From: Camelus dromedarius
Lineage: Eukaryota
Length of the DNA stretch: 64,000 bases
Assembly: GCF_036321535.1 (NCBI RefSeq)
Contig: NC_087436.1
Location: 17,298,001-17,362,000 of the forward strand
Direction of reading: 5' to 3'
Positions within the stretch are counted from its first letter, which is position 1. The number at the start of each line of letters is the position of its first letter. Positions 1 through 13,265 of this stretch are shown one piece after another. The position numbers and the translations under genes are program-made. Under the pieces are notes generated by a model, which saw nothing but the letters and a program-made list of their open reading frames with translations, made no database searches and was not told the DNA's origin.

Positions 1-1359
1 TGAATGGGCAGGGATCTGTTTTATTTGCTCATGACTCTCACGTAGCTATAGCAGCAGTTCCTGACACATAATAGGTGCTTAAAAATTGCTCAACGAATGG
101 ATGACTAAACAATCATTTAGATCAGAATGCAACTTTATGTTGCATGTAACTTACCAAGGTCTTTTAAGGTAGGGCAACAACTTTCTTTCTTTACCCCTGT
201 GTTCTCTGAAAATTTCCTGCTGTTACTCTGGAAGATAAGCCAAATGGCGATGTGGAGGTGCCTTCTTGGCGTGATCACACTGCCCTCCAGCTCCCTTGTG
301 GAAGTCACACTCTGTCCATCCCCTCCATCAGCCTGAGATTTAACCAACTTTTTTAGTTTAGTTTTTTTTTTAAATTACAAATACTCTTACCAAATATACT
401 CTAGGTCTATTAAAACAAAACAAAATGTTGAAAAGCAAAGCTGAGTATCAAAAAAACTTTCAAAGGTTTATTTTTTATGCTTCATCCTCTATCTAAATTC
501 CACAAATCAATTTAGCATTTGCTGAAAACCAGATATGCACCGAGCACCGTGCAGGACAGAAATGAGTGTGTATAATCCCAGGGTGGAAATTTTCTAAATA
601 TTTACAGTAGACAATTCTCAGTTCTTGGTGTTGAGTTGTGGTGTTTGATCTCTTGTTAAATGTTTGTATTTGTATTGAATAAGTGTGTGTATATGTACAG
701 TGTATACTTGGGTTTTTTCCTCTCCAATTCTGTCATCTAGAACAAAGAACAGCTGATTTTCCTGTTTCTTTTAATAAGGGTCAGAATGTCCCCAATTTGG
801 AATGCCTCAGATATTGAAATGTGATGACATGGTGAAAAAAAAACTCTTCTAAAAGTCTAGAGGAAGTCATTTCACCAACAACATTCTGAAGTCTTGATCT
901 TTGGGGCCTTTCTTCTTCTTTGGTGTACAAGACATTTGTATTCTTCTCACAGCCTCCTATAATTCCTAGTCCTCATCTTCTATACGACCAAGCTGAAAAA
1001 TGTTGGGATTCCAGAATCATCAGGCAAACCACACAGCTGCTGTCACATCTCTTGCCTCTATAATTTCCCCTGATTGATATATTTGTGCTCAGAATGGATA
1101 ATCCATCCTTTTAAAAGGTTAATATAAAATGCTCACGATGGCAATTTTCTTTGTATTTGGTTTAATTCTATCATTTCCCATCCTCCGTAATTTTGTTCTG
1201 TTCTTCAGGACTGGGCTTACTCACCCCTCTCTAAAGAGCATAGTTGGAAATGTTTGCCCGTTGCTTGTGAAACACAACATGGTTGTAGTAGTAACAAAGG
1301 ACATTCAGCCATAAGGATGACTGGGACAGACACGGAGAGAAATTTCTAGTGAATCTGAA

Positions 1360-1554
1360 GGGGGAGGGTATAGCTCAGTGGTAGAGCGTGTGCTTAGCAT
1401 GCATATGGTCTGAGTTCAATCCCCAGTACTGCCATTAAAGATAAGTAAATAAATCTAATTACCTTCCCCCCCTGAAAAAAAAAAAAGGGACAAAAAAAAA
1501 AAACAAAACAAAAAACCAACCAACCAACCAAACAAATAAAAAACCCCCAAAACA
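1360..1554 (+). mobile_element. tRNA-derived SINE, camelid Vic-1-like
   Basis: GGGGAGGGTATAGCTCAGTGGTAGAG (A box) ... GAGTTCAATCCC (B box), followed by an A-rich tail. Perfect 13-bp TSD TCTAGTGAATCTG at 1345-1357 and 1555-1567. Confidence 0.9.
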
Positions 1555-1764
1555 TCTAGTGAATCTGGACTAAGAACAGCGGAACAGAATGATATCTTTT
1601 TCCAGATTGACTATGATTTACAGTCTAGCACTCAGAATACCTTATAGCATCGTTCTCATCCTTTGACATGAAAATCTCCATTTCTCACCCATTCATTACT
1701 AACTTCTGTAAATTTTTAGGAAGCCCCTTGCTTGAATCAGGATCTGTGCAAAGTACTGGGGACT

Positions 1765-1799
1765 ACACACACACACACACACACATATACATATATATA
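1765..1799. repeat. (CA)n/(TA)n microsatellite
   Basis: Directly visible dinucleotide run. Confidence 0.9.
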
Positions 1800-2983
1800 A
1801 CATTTTCTTCCTTTGAGTAACTCAAATTAGTGGAAGAAATGGATAATCACAATATAATTATGTCAGTGCAATGGTACTGTAATCAACCACAGGGACATTG
1901 CACCAGCAGTAATGAATCCTGTCCAAGGAAGTCAGGGAAAGTACCAGAAAAGAGGTTGTATTGAGCTTAGCTTTAAAAAGAAGGGAGGGAGACACACTGC
2001 AGGTAGAAACAGCACTGGCTCCTGCCTGCAGAGGCAAGAACAACTAGCCTGCGCGCTGTGGGGGAAATGGAGTGAAGCGATGCTGGGAAGGCGGAATGAA
2101 GCAGCATCGCATCACTAAAGCATTTTGACCTAGTTTTAAAATCAAGGGTTTGGGAGCAGAGACCAAATCTGCCTTTTCCAGAAACAGCTCTAATACTAGA
2201 AGGAGAAGAAGAGATGGGAGGAATAAGGGACTGCCAGGAAGCAGAAATATTAAGAGCGATGTTTTTTTCTCTTTTCCCAGTGTTACCTACCGTTCACTCA
2301 ATGGAGCATTCTTGATATTATTTTATCACCTCAGTTCTTAGTCTTTATTGTAAAAAATGCAGATTTGTCATGTTTAATGTCTAAGCCTGTCATGGAAGAA
2401 TGAGTTGCCTCCTTTAAAAATTCCAATCTCAAGGTCATATGTATGTCCATGAAGAACCATTTATGGAGATTAGTCAGTTCTTCTCAAATAACAGCCTCTG
2501 GCAGGCGCAGCGCAGAGCCTGTTCCTGCTACCTCACAGCTCCCTCAGGTAGTATCTGATGTTCTCCAGGATGATCTGCAAGTTATTTTCCCACAGCTTCC
2601 AACATTTTCTCAAGGATCTCAAGAGACCCGTTGCAAGTTTAAATCATTCCACCTTCCATCTGCTCTCTCCTCCTCTTCCCCTTCTCTTCCCTCCTGTGAC
2701 TCCTCTGTCCTTTCCTCCCAGATTCAGGAGAAGCTCCAGCTTTCTGTCTTCTATTCCACCGGGAGCTCTTGACTGAGTTGAGCTTAAGGCTTGAATAGAT
2801 GCAGCATCCATTGGGTAAAAAAATGTTCTTCCCAGGTAACTTTTTTTTCCCTTCATATTTGTAGGCCAAAGAATGCAATAGAAGTTTCACTAAAGATTTC
2901 TGATAAGTGACTTGACTTCTACAAAATATAAAATGTTCATTATTTACTGTATTTCTTCATCTCTGCTAACATCTGTTAGAAGA

Positions 2984-3016
2984 CTCTTTGACCTTTCCCA
3001 AGGAAAGGTCAAAGAG
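2984..3016. repeat. perfect 15-bp inverted repeat with 3-nt spacer
   Basis: CTCTTTGACCTTTCC-caa-GGAAAGGTCAAAGAG. Confidence 0.95.
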
Positions 3017-3389
3017 CTTTGTGCCTGCTCTGAGGTACCCTACAAAATGTACCCAGGCATCTGTTTCACTATTCTGGGCTCCTAAAGGGCATCGCTCTCT
3101 CTCTGTCTCTGGACAAAGCCAAGAACGCCCTTCATCACTTTCTCTATGCTCCTGAGAGCAAGTCCCAAGCCACACAAAATGCTAAATGATACAGTCATTT
3201 TGTTGATGAAAATTTCCTAAATTGACCATTTATCGTATTTATTTTTCTATTTATTGATCTTCATTTCTTTCATTTTTTTTCTGTTTTAAATTAAGGAAAC
3301 ATCACGATCCTATTTGCTGGAGAACCAATGTTCTAGTAGAAAGCTGTAGAATTTAATCACACTAATTCACAACTTCACTTCTTGTTAAA

Positions 3390-4640
3390 TTACTGTTTTT
3401 ATTACCATCAAAATTACACATGAACATAATTATAAAAGTCAAATAGTTCTACCAGGCTTATAATGAGAAACAGCAGTTTCCTGCCCCCAAATCTTCCAAA
3501 GTCTCACTGCCTTTCTCTAGAGGAAGCCACATTCACCCTTTTCATTTCCCCCCATGTTTCTGAATAACACGCTTATACTCTTATTTCTTGACTTTTTTTC
3601 ATTTTCAGATATTGTCTACTGATTTTCTGCTGTAGAAGATGAAGCTTTAGCTCTCTAGGGGCTTTCTGCTCACCTCCCACAAACACAATTATATCACAGT
3701 TCTTAAGTCCATTTTCAAGTTTACCTTATTATTGATGTATAAATATTTATACTGAGCCACACAGAATACTATTACTATATATTTTCTGATGTACAACTTT
3801 TTATCATCTCATCTTTTATGGCTTAGAATTCCATCTACTTATCACTAATTCATCACCAAACTCTCTTCCAGAAGGATGAAATCCCCTCCCAATACAGTTC
3901 TACTTTCTTACCGGAAAGTCTCCTCCCAGAGAATTCAGCTCCATTTTACAGCCAGAAGTGATTATTCTCTTGGCTTTTTCTTTCATTCTCAGTGACAGAT
4001 GCACACTCACCACCATCCCTTTAATTATATTCAGTACTAAATCCCCAATTCCTGGATCATGGGTTTGCTTTTCATGGATTACATCCTAGTTTTGATGAAG
4101 CACATCCTTCAAGTGCTTCCTGAGAAATGCACATAAGATAAAATTTTTGAGAACTCCCGTGTCTGAAAATGCTTTACTCTGTTTGCAGATATTGTTGCTA
4201 TTTCATTGGAAATAGAACTCTTAAGTTTGAAAGCATTTCAAATCAAAATTTAAAGGCACCGTTCTTTCTTTCTAGCCTCCACTGTTGTTGTGAGAAAACC
4301 TATATAATTCATATTCCCAATCTACTTTATGGGACCACTTTTTCTCTGAAAAATGTTAAGATTTTCTCTTTGTCAACAGTTATGAAATTTCCTCTTAATC
4401 TAGAAATGCATTTCCTTCAGTCTGAGAAATATGTGTTTATATATATGTATGTGTGTATGTATATATAAATATATTTTTATATATATATACACACACACAT
4501 GCTTAATAATTTTCTACTCCATCTTTTTATTTTCCAGACCGCCTTATAGATGATCTAATATTTTCTCTCCTATTTTACAGGACCTTACTTTTTATTGCAT
4601 TTCTGGAGAGTTTCTTTACCTTTATCTTGTAAACATTTCA
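3390..4640 (-). mobile_element. old, highly decayed L1 (L1ME-like) fragments
   Basis: T-rich antisense L1-like sequence resembling the ORF1 and inter-ORF region. Boundaries are approximate. Confidence 0.5.
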
Positions 4641-6784
4641 TTGACCACCATATGTCTAAGTGCCATTAATGTGTGAAAACTCCTCTGCCATGCTCTGAAA
4701 GAGAGGAAGATGGCCTCTCCCCTCACTTTCTCTTGTTCTATGAACATGGGATTGAGGCATCTTACATCAAGATGAGCATTATACCCTGAGGATGGTAGAG
4801 CAATGAATTAGAAGAAGCCTGGGCCCTTGGTAATTTATGCGCAGTTTATTGAGTCTATGACTTAAATGACAGAAAAACGTATTTCTCTTTTAAGTCATAG
4901 TAAGTTTTCTTAGGTTTAGTGCTTTGATGATATATCTTTTTCTCCCCTTTTAATTTTAGCTGCATCTACATGTTAAAGTTCATTTCTTATAAAAAGCAAA
5001 TAGTTGGGTCTTGCATTTAGAACAGCATGTCTTATTTTCCCCCCTTTGAAGCCTCCTCCCCTGTAGCTAATAGAGGGAAATACTTCAGTTTCAAATTCTA
5101 CCAGTAAGGCTTTAGTCTTTAGAAAGTCCGGGTTCATGGAGGAAATGTAAGATGTTAACCGAGCAGTTAATGTGCCCTGGCAGGTTTTAACTGTCCATAA
5201 ATAACTGAAAGCAAGATTTGTCTCAGATAAACTGCACGAAGCAGATAACTTGCCTGAGAAGTCTAGAGTTGACTAAGCAAGTAACGCCCCAGGACAAATG
5301 TAATCCCTCCCACAGAGTCACCAAGGGGCAAAAAGAAGCCCTATGATTTGCTGGTCTCTGAAATTTTCTCTCACAGATCTCTAGAGTTCATTAACCCTTT
5401 AATGTATAAAACAGCAGATGTTGACACAAAAGAGCCTGATTGCTTAGAAAACTTCACTCCCCGAGACACCATGGTGGTGACAAATTGTCTATGCATAGTC
5501 CCACTCGAGAAGGAGATTTCTTTTAGGGACGAGTATTTCTCAGTTTCATGTATATGCATATTATATTCATCATACGCTCTGACAATTTGGGGAATTTCAA
5601 GGAAGAAATAGGTCATAGATAATCTGGCTCATGAACAGTCATCATCACAAAAAACACAATTTAAAGAGAAGCAATATGATATTAAGAATAATAATTTAGT
5701 TGTACAGTGCCTTTATTTTCTCTGCATGATCACTTATGCTTGCCCTAAAGCTGTTCATGCTTATTAATAATACGGATATCCTTTCTTCCTAAAACCACAG
5801 AATGTACGTTTAAATTCTTTAAAGGGTGGAACAAATTACTCCTGCAGTCTTAAAATTTTTCGATAGATTTATTTATTTTCCACATCATGTCCATTCCATA
5901 ACCTCTTGCTCACGTCTTCAACCACTCAGCCACGTTTGAGATGCTTTGGCTCTTCAGGATCAGAAAGGAAAAAGCAGAAAAGTAACTAGGCATTTTTTTT
6001 TTTGGCTTTTGAGGAAAGCCTGTCTCTGTGTCGCTGTATGATGTGGTTATACAACACCAAACTCTTCTTCAACTCAATGACAAAAACATCAGTAAAACTG
6101 ATCTTTTTGTTCAACTAAATCTTTCAGTTAAAAATATCAAGAGATTTAAGCAGCATGCAAACATAGCTTAGAACTGGGAAGAGGTAAAACCTCTGCCTGA
6201 CGCCAAGAAATTGCACAGAAAAGCAGCCTCATGATACTCACCCAGCCTAATTTTTGGAGGCTCCCCAGGATTGACTCAATTTTACTGCTAGTTTCACTTC
6301 TGTGAATAATTCAGTAATCCTTTAATTGTCCAGTGGTTTTATTTCATTTTTACAAAGCTTTGCAAGTTTCCTTTAAAATGATTTTTGTGATGTTGACATA
6401 CACAAAAATCACTGGAACACATATACATAATATCCTGGGGTACATAAAAATGATGATGACATATTTCAGCTAGCTTTTTTTTTTTTTTTAGAAGTACGGA
6501 GTTTTTCTAAGCTAAAATATAAATGATGGAGTTTATATATATAAAAAAGTCTCAATGTGTTTTTTAATGAGGCATTTCTGTTTTTCCCATGGCAATTTGA
6601 GATAATCACTGTGTACAATCTTTTAAAACAATTTGCCACATTCATTTTTAATTAAACTTGAGTAGGCTGCAAAATCCCTTTACCTTCAAACGAATACTAC
6701 TGAATTCAGCTGTCTCGTCTCACTCAGTGGTCCCCCTACCCACTCCCAGCCAAGCAATCACATAAACATATTTCCATTATTTGT

Positions 6785-9700
6785 TTTTTAAAATTAAATA
6801 ATTTTATATTGAGATAAAATTGGTATATAACATATATTATCTTCAGGTATGCAATATAATAATTTGATCTTTGTGTACACAACAAAAAGTCTACTTACCA
6901 TCTGCCACCATAAAATTAATCCCATTTACCCATTTGGTTCATTGCCTAAACCCCTTCCCCTCTGATAACTACCAGTCGGCTCTCTGTATTTATGAGATTT
7001 TTTTTGTTTTGTATTGTTTTGTTTGTTTGTTTGTTTTAGATTCCACATAAAAGTGAAATCATATGGTATTTATTTTTCATTGTCTAACTTATCTCCATCC
7101 ATGTTGCCACAATGACGAGATTTCCTTTTTTACAGTTGAGCAGGATTCCACTGTGTGTGATATATAGTATCTTCTTTATCCATTCATCCATTGATGGACA
7201 TTAAAGCTGTTTCCATAACTTGGCTTATGGTAATTAATACTGCAGTGAACATTGGGGTGCATATATCTTTTTGAATTAGTATTTTTGTTTTCTTTGGATA
7301 AATACCCAGAGTTGGTACAGCTAGATCACATGGATCATATGGTAGTTTTATCTTTAATTTTAGGGGAAACTTTCATATTGTTTTCCACATTGGTTGCACC
7401 AATTTGCATTCTGACCAACAGTGTACGAGGGTTCCCTTTTCTCCACATCCTCTCTAACACTTGTCATTTCTTGTCTTTCAGATTTTCACAGTTGATTATG
7501 TTAGTTGTGGGTTTGTTATATGTGGCCTATATTAGGTACAATTCGTTCCCTCTAAACCCACTTTGTTGATACTTCTATCATAAATGGGTGTTGAATTTTG
7601 TCAAAAGATTTTTTTTTCTGTGTCTATTGAGATGATCATGTGTTTTTTTATTCTTCATTGTGCTAATGTAGTATGTCACATTGATTGATTTGTGGATGTT
7701 AAACCATCTTTGCACCCCTGGAATAAATCCTACTTGATTATGGTATATGATCCTTTTAATTTGTTGCTGAACTCAGTTTGTTAATGTGTTGTTGAGGATT
7801 TTGAATCTATGTTCATCAGGGGTATTTGCCTGTAATATTTGTGTATGTGTGTGTGTTATTCTTGTCTGGTTTTGGTATCAGGGTAATGCTGGTCTCATAA
7901 AATGAATTTGAAAGTGTCCCTTCCTCTTCAGTTTTTGGTAAGATGTTGAGAAGAATAGGTATTTTTCTTTTAAACTTTGGTAGAATTCATCAGTGAAGCT
8001 ATCTGGTTCTTTCTAGACTTTGGTTTGTTGAGAGTTTTTTGACTACTGATTAAATTTCGTTACTAGTAATTGATCTATTTAGATTTTCTATTTCTTCATG
8101 ATTTAATTTTGGAGACTACATATTTCTAGGAATTGGCCAATTTCTTCTAGGTTGTCCAATTTGTTGTTGTATTGGTGTTCACAGTAATCTGTTTCGATTG
8201 TTTGCATTTCTGTGGTATCAACTGTAACTACTCTTCTTTCAATTCTGATCTTATATATTTGAGCCCTCTCTCTCTCCCTCTTTCTCTCTCTCTCTCTTTT
8301 GCTAAGTCTAGCTAAAGTTTTGTCAATTTTATTTATCTTTTAAAAGAACCAGCTCTTAGATTCATTGACCTTTTCTATTGTCTTTTCAGTCTCTATTTCA
8401 TTATATCTGCTCTGTGTTTATTATTTCTTCTGCTGATTTGGAGCATTGTTTTTTCCTACTTCTTTTAGGTATAAAGTTAGATTTTTAAAAAATGTCTTCC
8501 CTGTTGCTTGAGGTAAACATTTATTATTATAAACTTCTCTCAAAATTGTTTTTGCTGCATCCCATAGATTTTGGTATGCTGTATTTACATTTTCATTTCT
8601 CTCAAGATGTTTCTTGAGTTCTCCTTTGATTTCTTGTTGATGTTTTGGTTGTTAAGTAGCATGTTACTTAACCTCCACATATTTGTGTTTTTTTCCAGTT
8701 TTCTTCCTGTAATTGATTTATAGTTTCATATCTTTGTGGTTGGAAAATATGCTTGATATGATTCAATCTTCTTAAATTTGTTGAGACTTGTTTTGTGACC
8801 TAGTGTATGATTTATTCTGAAGAATGTTCCATGTGCAGTTGAGAAGAATGTGTATTCTACTAACTTTGGATAGAAGGTTTTGTAAGTACCTATTAAATCT
8901 CTCTGGTCTAATATGTCCTTTAAGGCTGATTTTTTCTAATTGTTTTCCTGTTTGGATGATCCATCTGTTGGTGTAAGTAGGGTACTGATGTCCTCTTCTA
9001 TTACTATATTGCTGTTAATTTCACCCTGTTAGTATTTACTTTATAGATTTAGGTGCTTCTATGTTGAGTGCATAAATATTTACAAATATTATAGCCTCCT
9101 GTTGGATTGAATCCTCTATTATTATTTTATGCCTTTTTCTTGCTTGTAGGACAGTATTTGTTTTGAGGTCTATTTTGTCTGATACAAGTATGGATGCCAG
9201 ATTTATTTTTTTATCAATTTGCATAGAATATCTTTTCCCCTTCACTTTTAATTTGTGTATGTCCTTAGATCTGAAGTGAATCTTTTGTAGGCAACATAGA
9301 GAGTTCTTGTTCTGTTTTGTTTTGTTTTTCAATCCATTCAGCTGTTCTGTGTCTTTTTGTTGTAGAGTTTAGTTCATTTAAATTTAAAGTAATCATTGAT
9401 AGGAAGGTACTTATTGCCTTTTTTTTTTAATTGCCATGTTGTTAATTATTTTCTGGCCTTTTTTATAGTTGCTGTCTGTTCCTTTCTTCTTCTCTTGCTC
9501 TCTTCCTCTGTGGTTTGGTGACTTTTTTAGTGTTATGTTTATATTCTTTTCTCATTGTCTTCTGTGTATTTTCTATAGATTTTTGTTTTGTTGTTATCAG
9601 GAGGTTTTCATATAAGAGCTTATATATCTATAACAGTCTAGAGTAATTTGATAGCAACTGAAGTTTGAACACATTTTAAAATTCTCCATTTTTACCCACC

Positions 9701-11290
9701 CCCACCTGTTATGTTTTTGATGTCATACTTTATATTTTGTGTATCCTTTAACTAATTATTATAGTTATAGTTAATTTTGCTTTTTATTTTAAACTTCATA
9801 CCAGCTTTGTAAGTGGTTAATCCCCAGCATGACTATATATTTGCTTTTACCAGTGAGATTTTTAATTTTGTACACTTTCTTGTTACTACTTAGTGCTTTT
9901 TCTCTTTAGCTTAAAGAAATCCCTTTAACATTTCTTGTAATGTCTGTTTAGTGGTGACAAATTCCTTTAGCCTCTGCTTATCTGGGAAATTCTTAATCTC
10001 TCCTTCCATCTGAATGATAAACTTGTGGGATAGAGTATTCTTGGTTGGAAGTTTTTATTTTTTTATCTTCCAGTCCTTTGATTATTTCATCCACACTCTT
10101 CTGGCCTGTAAAGTTTCTGCTGAAAATCAGCTGATAGTCTTATGGAGGCACCCTTGCATGTAACAAGGTTTTTAAGATTCTCTATTTTTTTCTTAAATTT
10201 TGACATTTTAATTATAATGTGTCTTGATGTGTCTCTCTTAGGGTTTGGAACTACTTGGAATTATTTGGAACTCTGTGTTTATTGGGCCTGGATGTCTGTT
10301 CCCCTCCTCAGATTAGGAACATTTTCAGCCATTATCTCTTCAAAAAAAATTTTTTTTTCCTTTTCTCTCTTTCTGGGACCCCTATGGAGTGGGTGTCATT
10401 CTGCTTGATGTTATTACATGGGTCCCTTAAGCTATCTTCATTTTTTAATATTCTTTTTTTGTTTTCTTTTTGTTGCTCTGTTTGGGTTATTTCTACTGCC
10501 CTATCTTCCAGGTTGCTGGTCCAGCTCTTCACTTCATCTAGTGTGCTGTTGATCCCCTATATTGTATTTTTCAGTTCAGCTGTTGTGTTCTTCAATTCTG
10601 TGATCTGTTTGGCACTTTCAAATATTTTCCATCTTTTTGTGGAAGTTCTCACTGTTTTCATCCATTCTTCTGAGTTTGGTGAGAATCTTTATGGCTATTG
10701 TTCTGAACTCTGTATTAGGTAGATTACTTATCTCTGTTTCATTAAGGTTGTTTTCTGAGGTTTTATATCTTTTTCTTGAATTTGGAACATATTTTTATGT
10801 CTCCTCATTTTATTTGTCTCTCTGGGTTTGTTCTTATTTATTAGGTGAAACAGCTACCTCTTCCAGTCTTGAAGGAGTGACCTTGTGTAGCAGATAAACT
10901 GTGAGGTCCAGAAATGCTATCCCTGCTGGCTGCCAGAGCCAGGCACTCAAGAGGTTTCCCCTGTGTGAGCTGTGCGTGACTGCCTGCCATGGTGGGGTCG
11001 TGGCTGTGGTGCAGCGGAGGTGCGGAGCCCCCACTGCCACTAGCAGCTTAAAGGGAGAGGGCCAAAATGGTGCAGCCAGTGCCAGCACTAGCAAGGCAGA
11101 AAAAGAACTCAGAGATGGCACCCACAGCGCATCTGTCCCTACAGAGAGTCCCAGCTGGTTCCTGCCTCTCCAACAGAAGCCCCGAGGTAGCAACCAAATC
11201 TCCTTCACACATGATCCAGGCACTCTTCAAACTGCCCCTATTGTGACCAGTGCTGGGGCAAGTGAGTCTGCATGTGAGCCTTTTAAGGTG
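6785..11290 (-). mobile_element. near full-length L1 (5'UTR, ORF1, ORF2, 3'UTR), decayed, with an internal ORF2 deletion
   Basis: ORF 10332-10532 (LEDRAVEITQTEQQKE...LRDPCNNIKQNDTHSIGVPE) resembles ORF1p. ORF 9036-9332 (CCLQKIHFRSKDIHKLKVKG...NIYALN) resembles the endonuclease domain. RT region at ~7480-8000, C-terminus and 3'UTR at 6785-7475, GC-richer 5'UTR at ~10850-11290. Confidence 0.9.
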
Positions 11291-12544
11291 CTTAAGTGTT
11301 GTTAATCATTCTTATGCATCATAATATTTCAGTGAAGTGGAAGTAAAAGCTAATTTTACAGCTGAAATAAAAGGAAGAGAGAAAATTTGAAGTTGACATC
11401 AATAGTTTGAAAACACAAAGTCTGAGGAGGTAAGATTTTTCCATGATCTGTCCCTGTGGTTTCTGTGGCTGCAGTTGGAATACTTTTCCTGTTTCTCCCC
11501 CTAGTAATTACTGCTCCAATTAGCTTAACCCTTTGAGACTAAATTCTGTGATTTTTTTAGGCTCTCTAATGGTTCTAGAGAAAACTAGAGGCAGAACGCA
11601 CAGCTCCAGAATTTGCAGCCCATTGCATAGCCCAGAAAATATCAGTGGCTGTCCTCTTGCCTTATAAAACAAAAGGTAACACATCAACCTTTGCCTTGTA
11701 GGTAATCGGTGTATAATAAAGGGCAGAGTAGGATTGATGTGACTGACCACAGGATGCCCTTTGTGCTCCACGACATGAATTGAGACAATTAATCTGATTT
11801 TTCTACATAACAACAAGGGCTCCACTTTGCACTCAGAGAGGCTTTTTATCCAAAGCTCTCCAAGTGCACTGCTCCAAGGAAATGGCTCATAATTGTGTCC
11901 TTATCAACACTCCTGTCCAGAGCAGACTGGAGTCATGATCAAAGAGAAAGCAGGTTGCTGATTAATCCCTATTAACTGTCACCTAACAGATTCATGATAT
12001 AAAATATTCCCTGAGTTTTTAAAACAAATAACCTTAATTTCCATTTAATTGCTTTTTGACCTTGAGTCACATTTTTCAATTGTAATTTTAACTTAAGTTA
12101 GAACAAAACTGAGCTATCAGGTAATGATAAACCAGCAAAGAGGGCACTGCAGGGAAGAAGTAACTAGATTTTATACGGTTTCACTTTTATCAATTTTAGC
12201 TATTATTCTAATATGCTTCCTTCTTTTAACAAAATATCTACATAAAAATTGTCTAATGTCTAATAAATGTCTAATAAAAATTAAGTCTTCCTAGAGTAGA
12301 ATGAAAATAGATCATATAGTTGCCTAATCTAAACCTTAAATCTGATGGAAGAAAAGACTGAGACCCAGAGTTTTGTGCAACGTGCTCAAAGTTACACAGT
12401 TAATAAGTGATAGAAATAGTATTCAAATGAAATCATCCACTTTCTTTTACAAATATAAAAAGTGGAACCCAAAGACTTTCAGTCGTTTGTTTAAGCTTAT
12501 GCTGGTCGGTGAAAGGACCAGAAATAAAGCCTAGGTCACTTCCA

Positions 12545-13265
12545 GGCTGTCCCTAAGATATTCTGGATTCAAGGCAAAAGTACCTGTGGAAACTACATGA
12601 AATATGTCTAAACACTTAAACATTCATCATCTTGAAAACTTGATTAATAAGTTATTAATCAAGCTCAAAAATTGTTAAATAAAATACGTTCTATAATTCT
12701 ACTTTGACAAACATACCCATCATAACCTGAAATGTTCGCTATGAATGAAGTTTTCAGTTCTTAGACTCATTGGAGCACTTGAAGAGAGCTAGCCTCTAGC
12801 ATGCAGCCCCTGGGCTGCAGCCAGCACCACTTTTTTCATTCCTGGCTCCATCCCACATCATTAGAGGCCTCACAGGCATACCTCTGGACAACCCAGTCTG
12901 CACATCCAGCATGTCTGAGCCCCATCTACATTCTTCCTATACTCTTGAGCAACTCTAAGGCCTAAGGGAGCACTTTCCAGAGATGGAGTCTGCCTTTGGG
13001 CTCATAGACCCAGGCAAGAGACCTGCTCAGGTGGAGGAAGCTGACTCAGAACGGTTGCTCATTGTAGCTCACAATCCCAGCTAACCAGAATCTTGTCTAG
13101 TGGTGCTGGTGGGTGGGATGCTGTTGCCTCTGGTGAGGCACATTCTATTGGCTCCCTAGACTCCTTGTCATAGTGTGGTATGGGCAGAGGAGGGCCAAGA
13201 GGTGGCAGATTGTAAAATATGGAGGCCTAAGGCAGGGGCCTCCCTTGCCCTGGTCAAAGGGAAAC
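12545..13265. mobile_element. probable old hAT-type DNA transposon remnant
   Basis: Terminal motifs resemble hAT-Tip100-class elements (..GGGGCCTCCCTTGCCCTGG). The family was not established. Confidence 0.3.

Noticed and set aside
1361..1432. tRNA gene (A and B boxes, tRNA-Ala-like head)
   Set aside because: It is followed by a SINE body, A-rich tail and TSD, and a second diverged copy lies at 56292-56428. It is a SINE.
2443..2890. Overlapping ORFs on both strands, or a possible first exon
   Set aside because: They are driven by a pyrimidine-rich low-complexity tract. There is no recognisable protein similarity and only weak splice donors.
10142..11305. Several overlapping ORFs, some hydrophobic and membrane-protein-like
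   Set aside because: These are antisense or alternative frames of L1 ORF1 and the 5'UTR. T-rich antisense L1 produces F/L/S-rich pseudo-ORFs.
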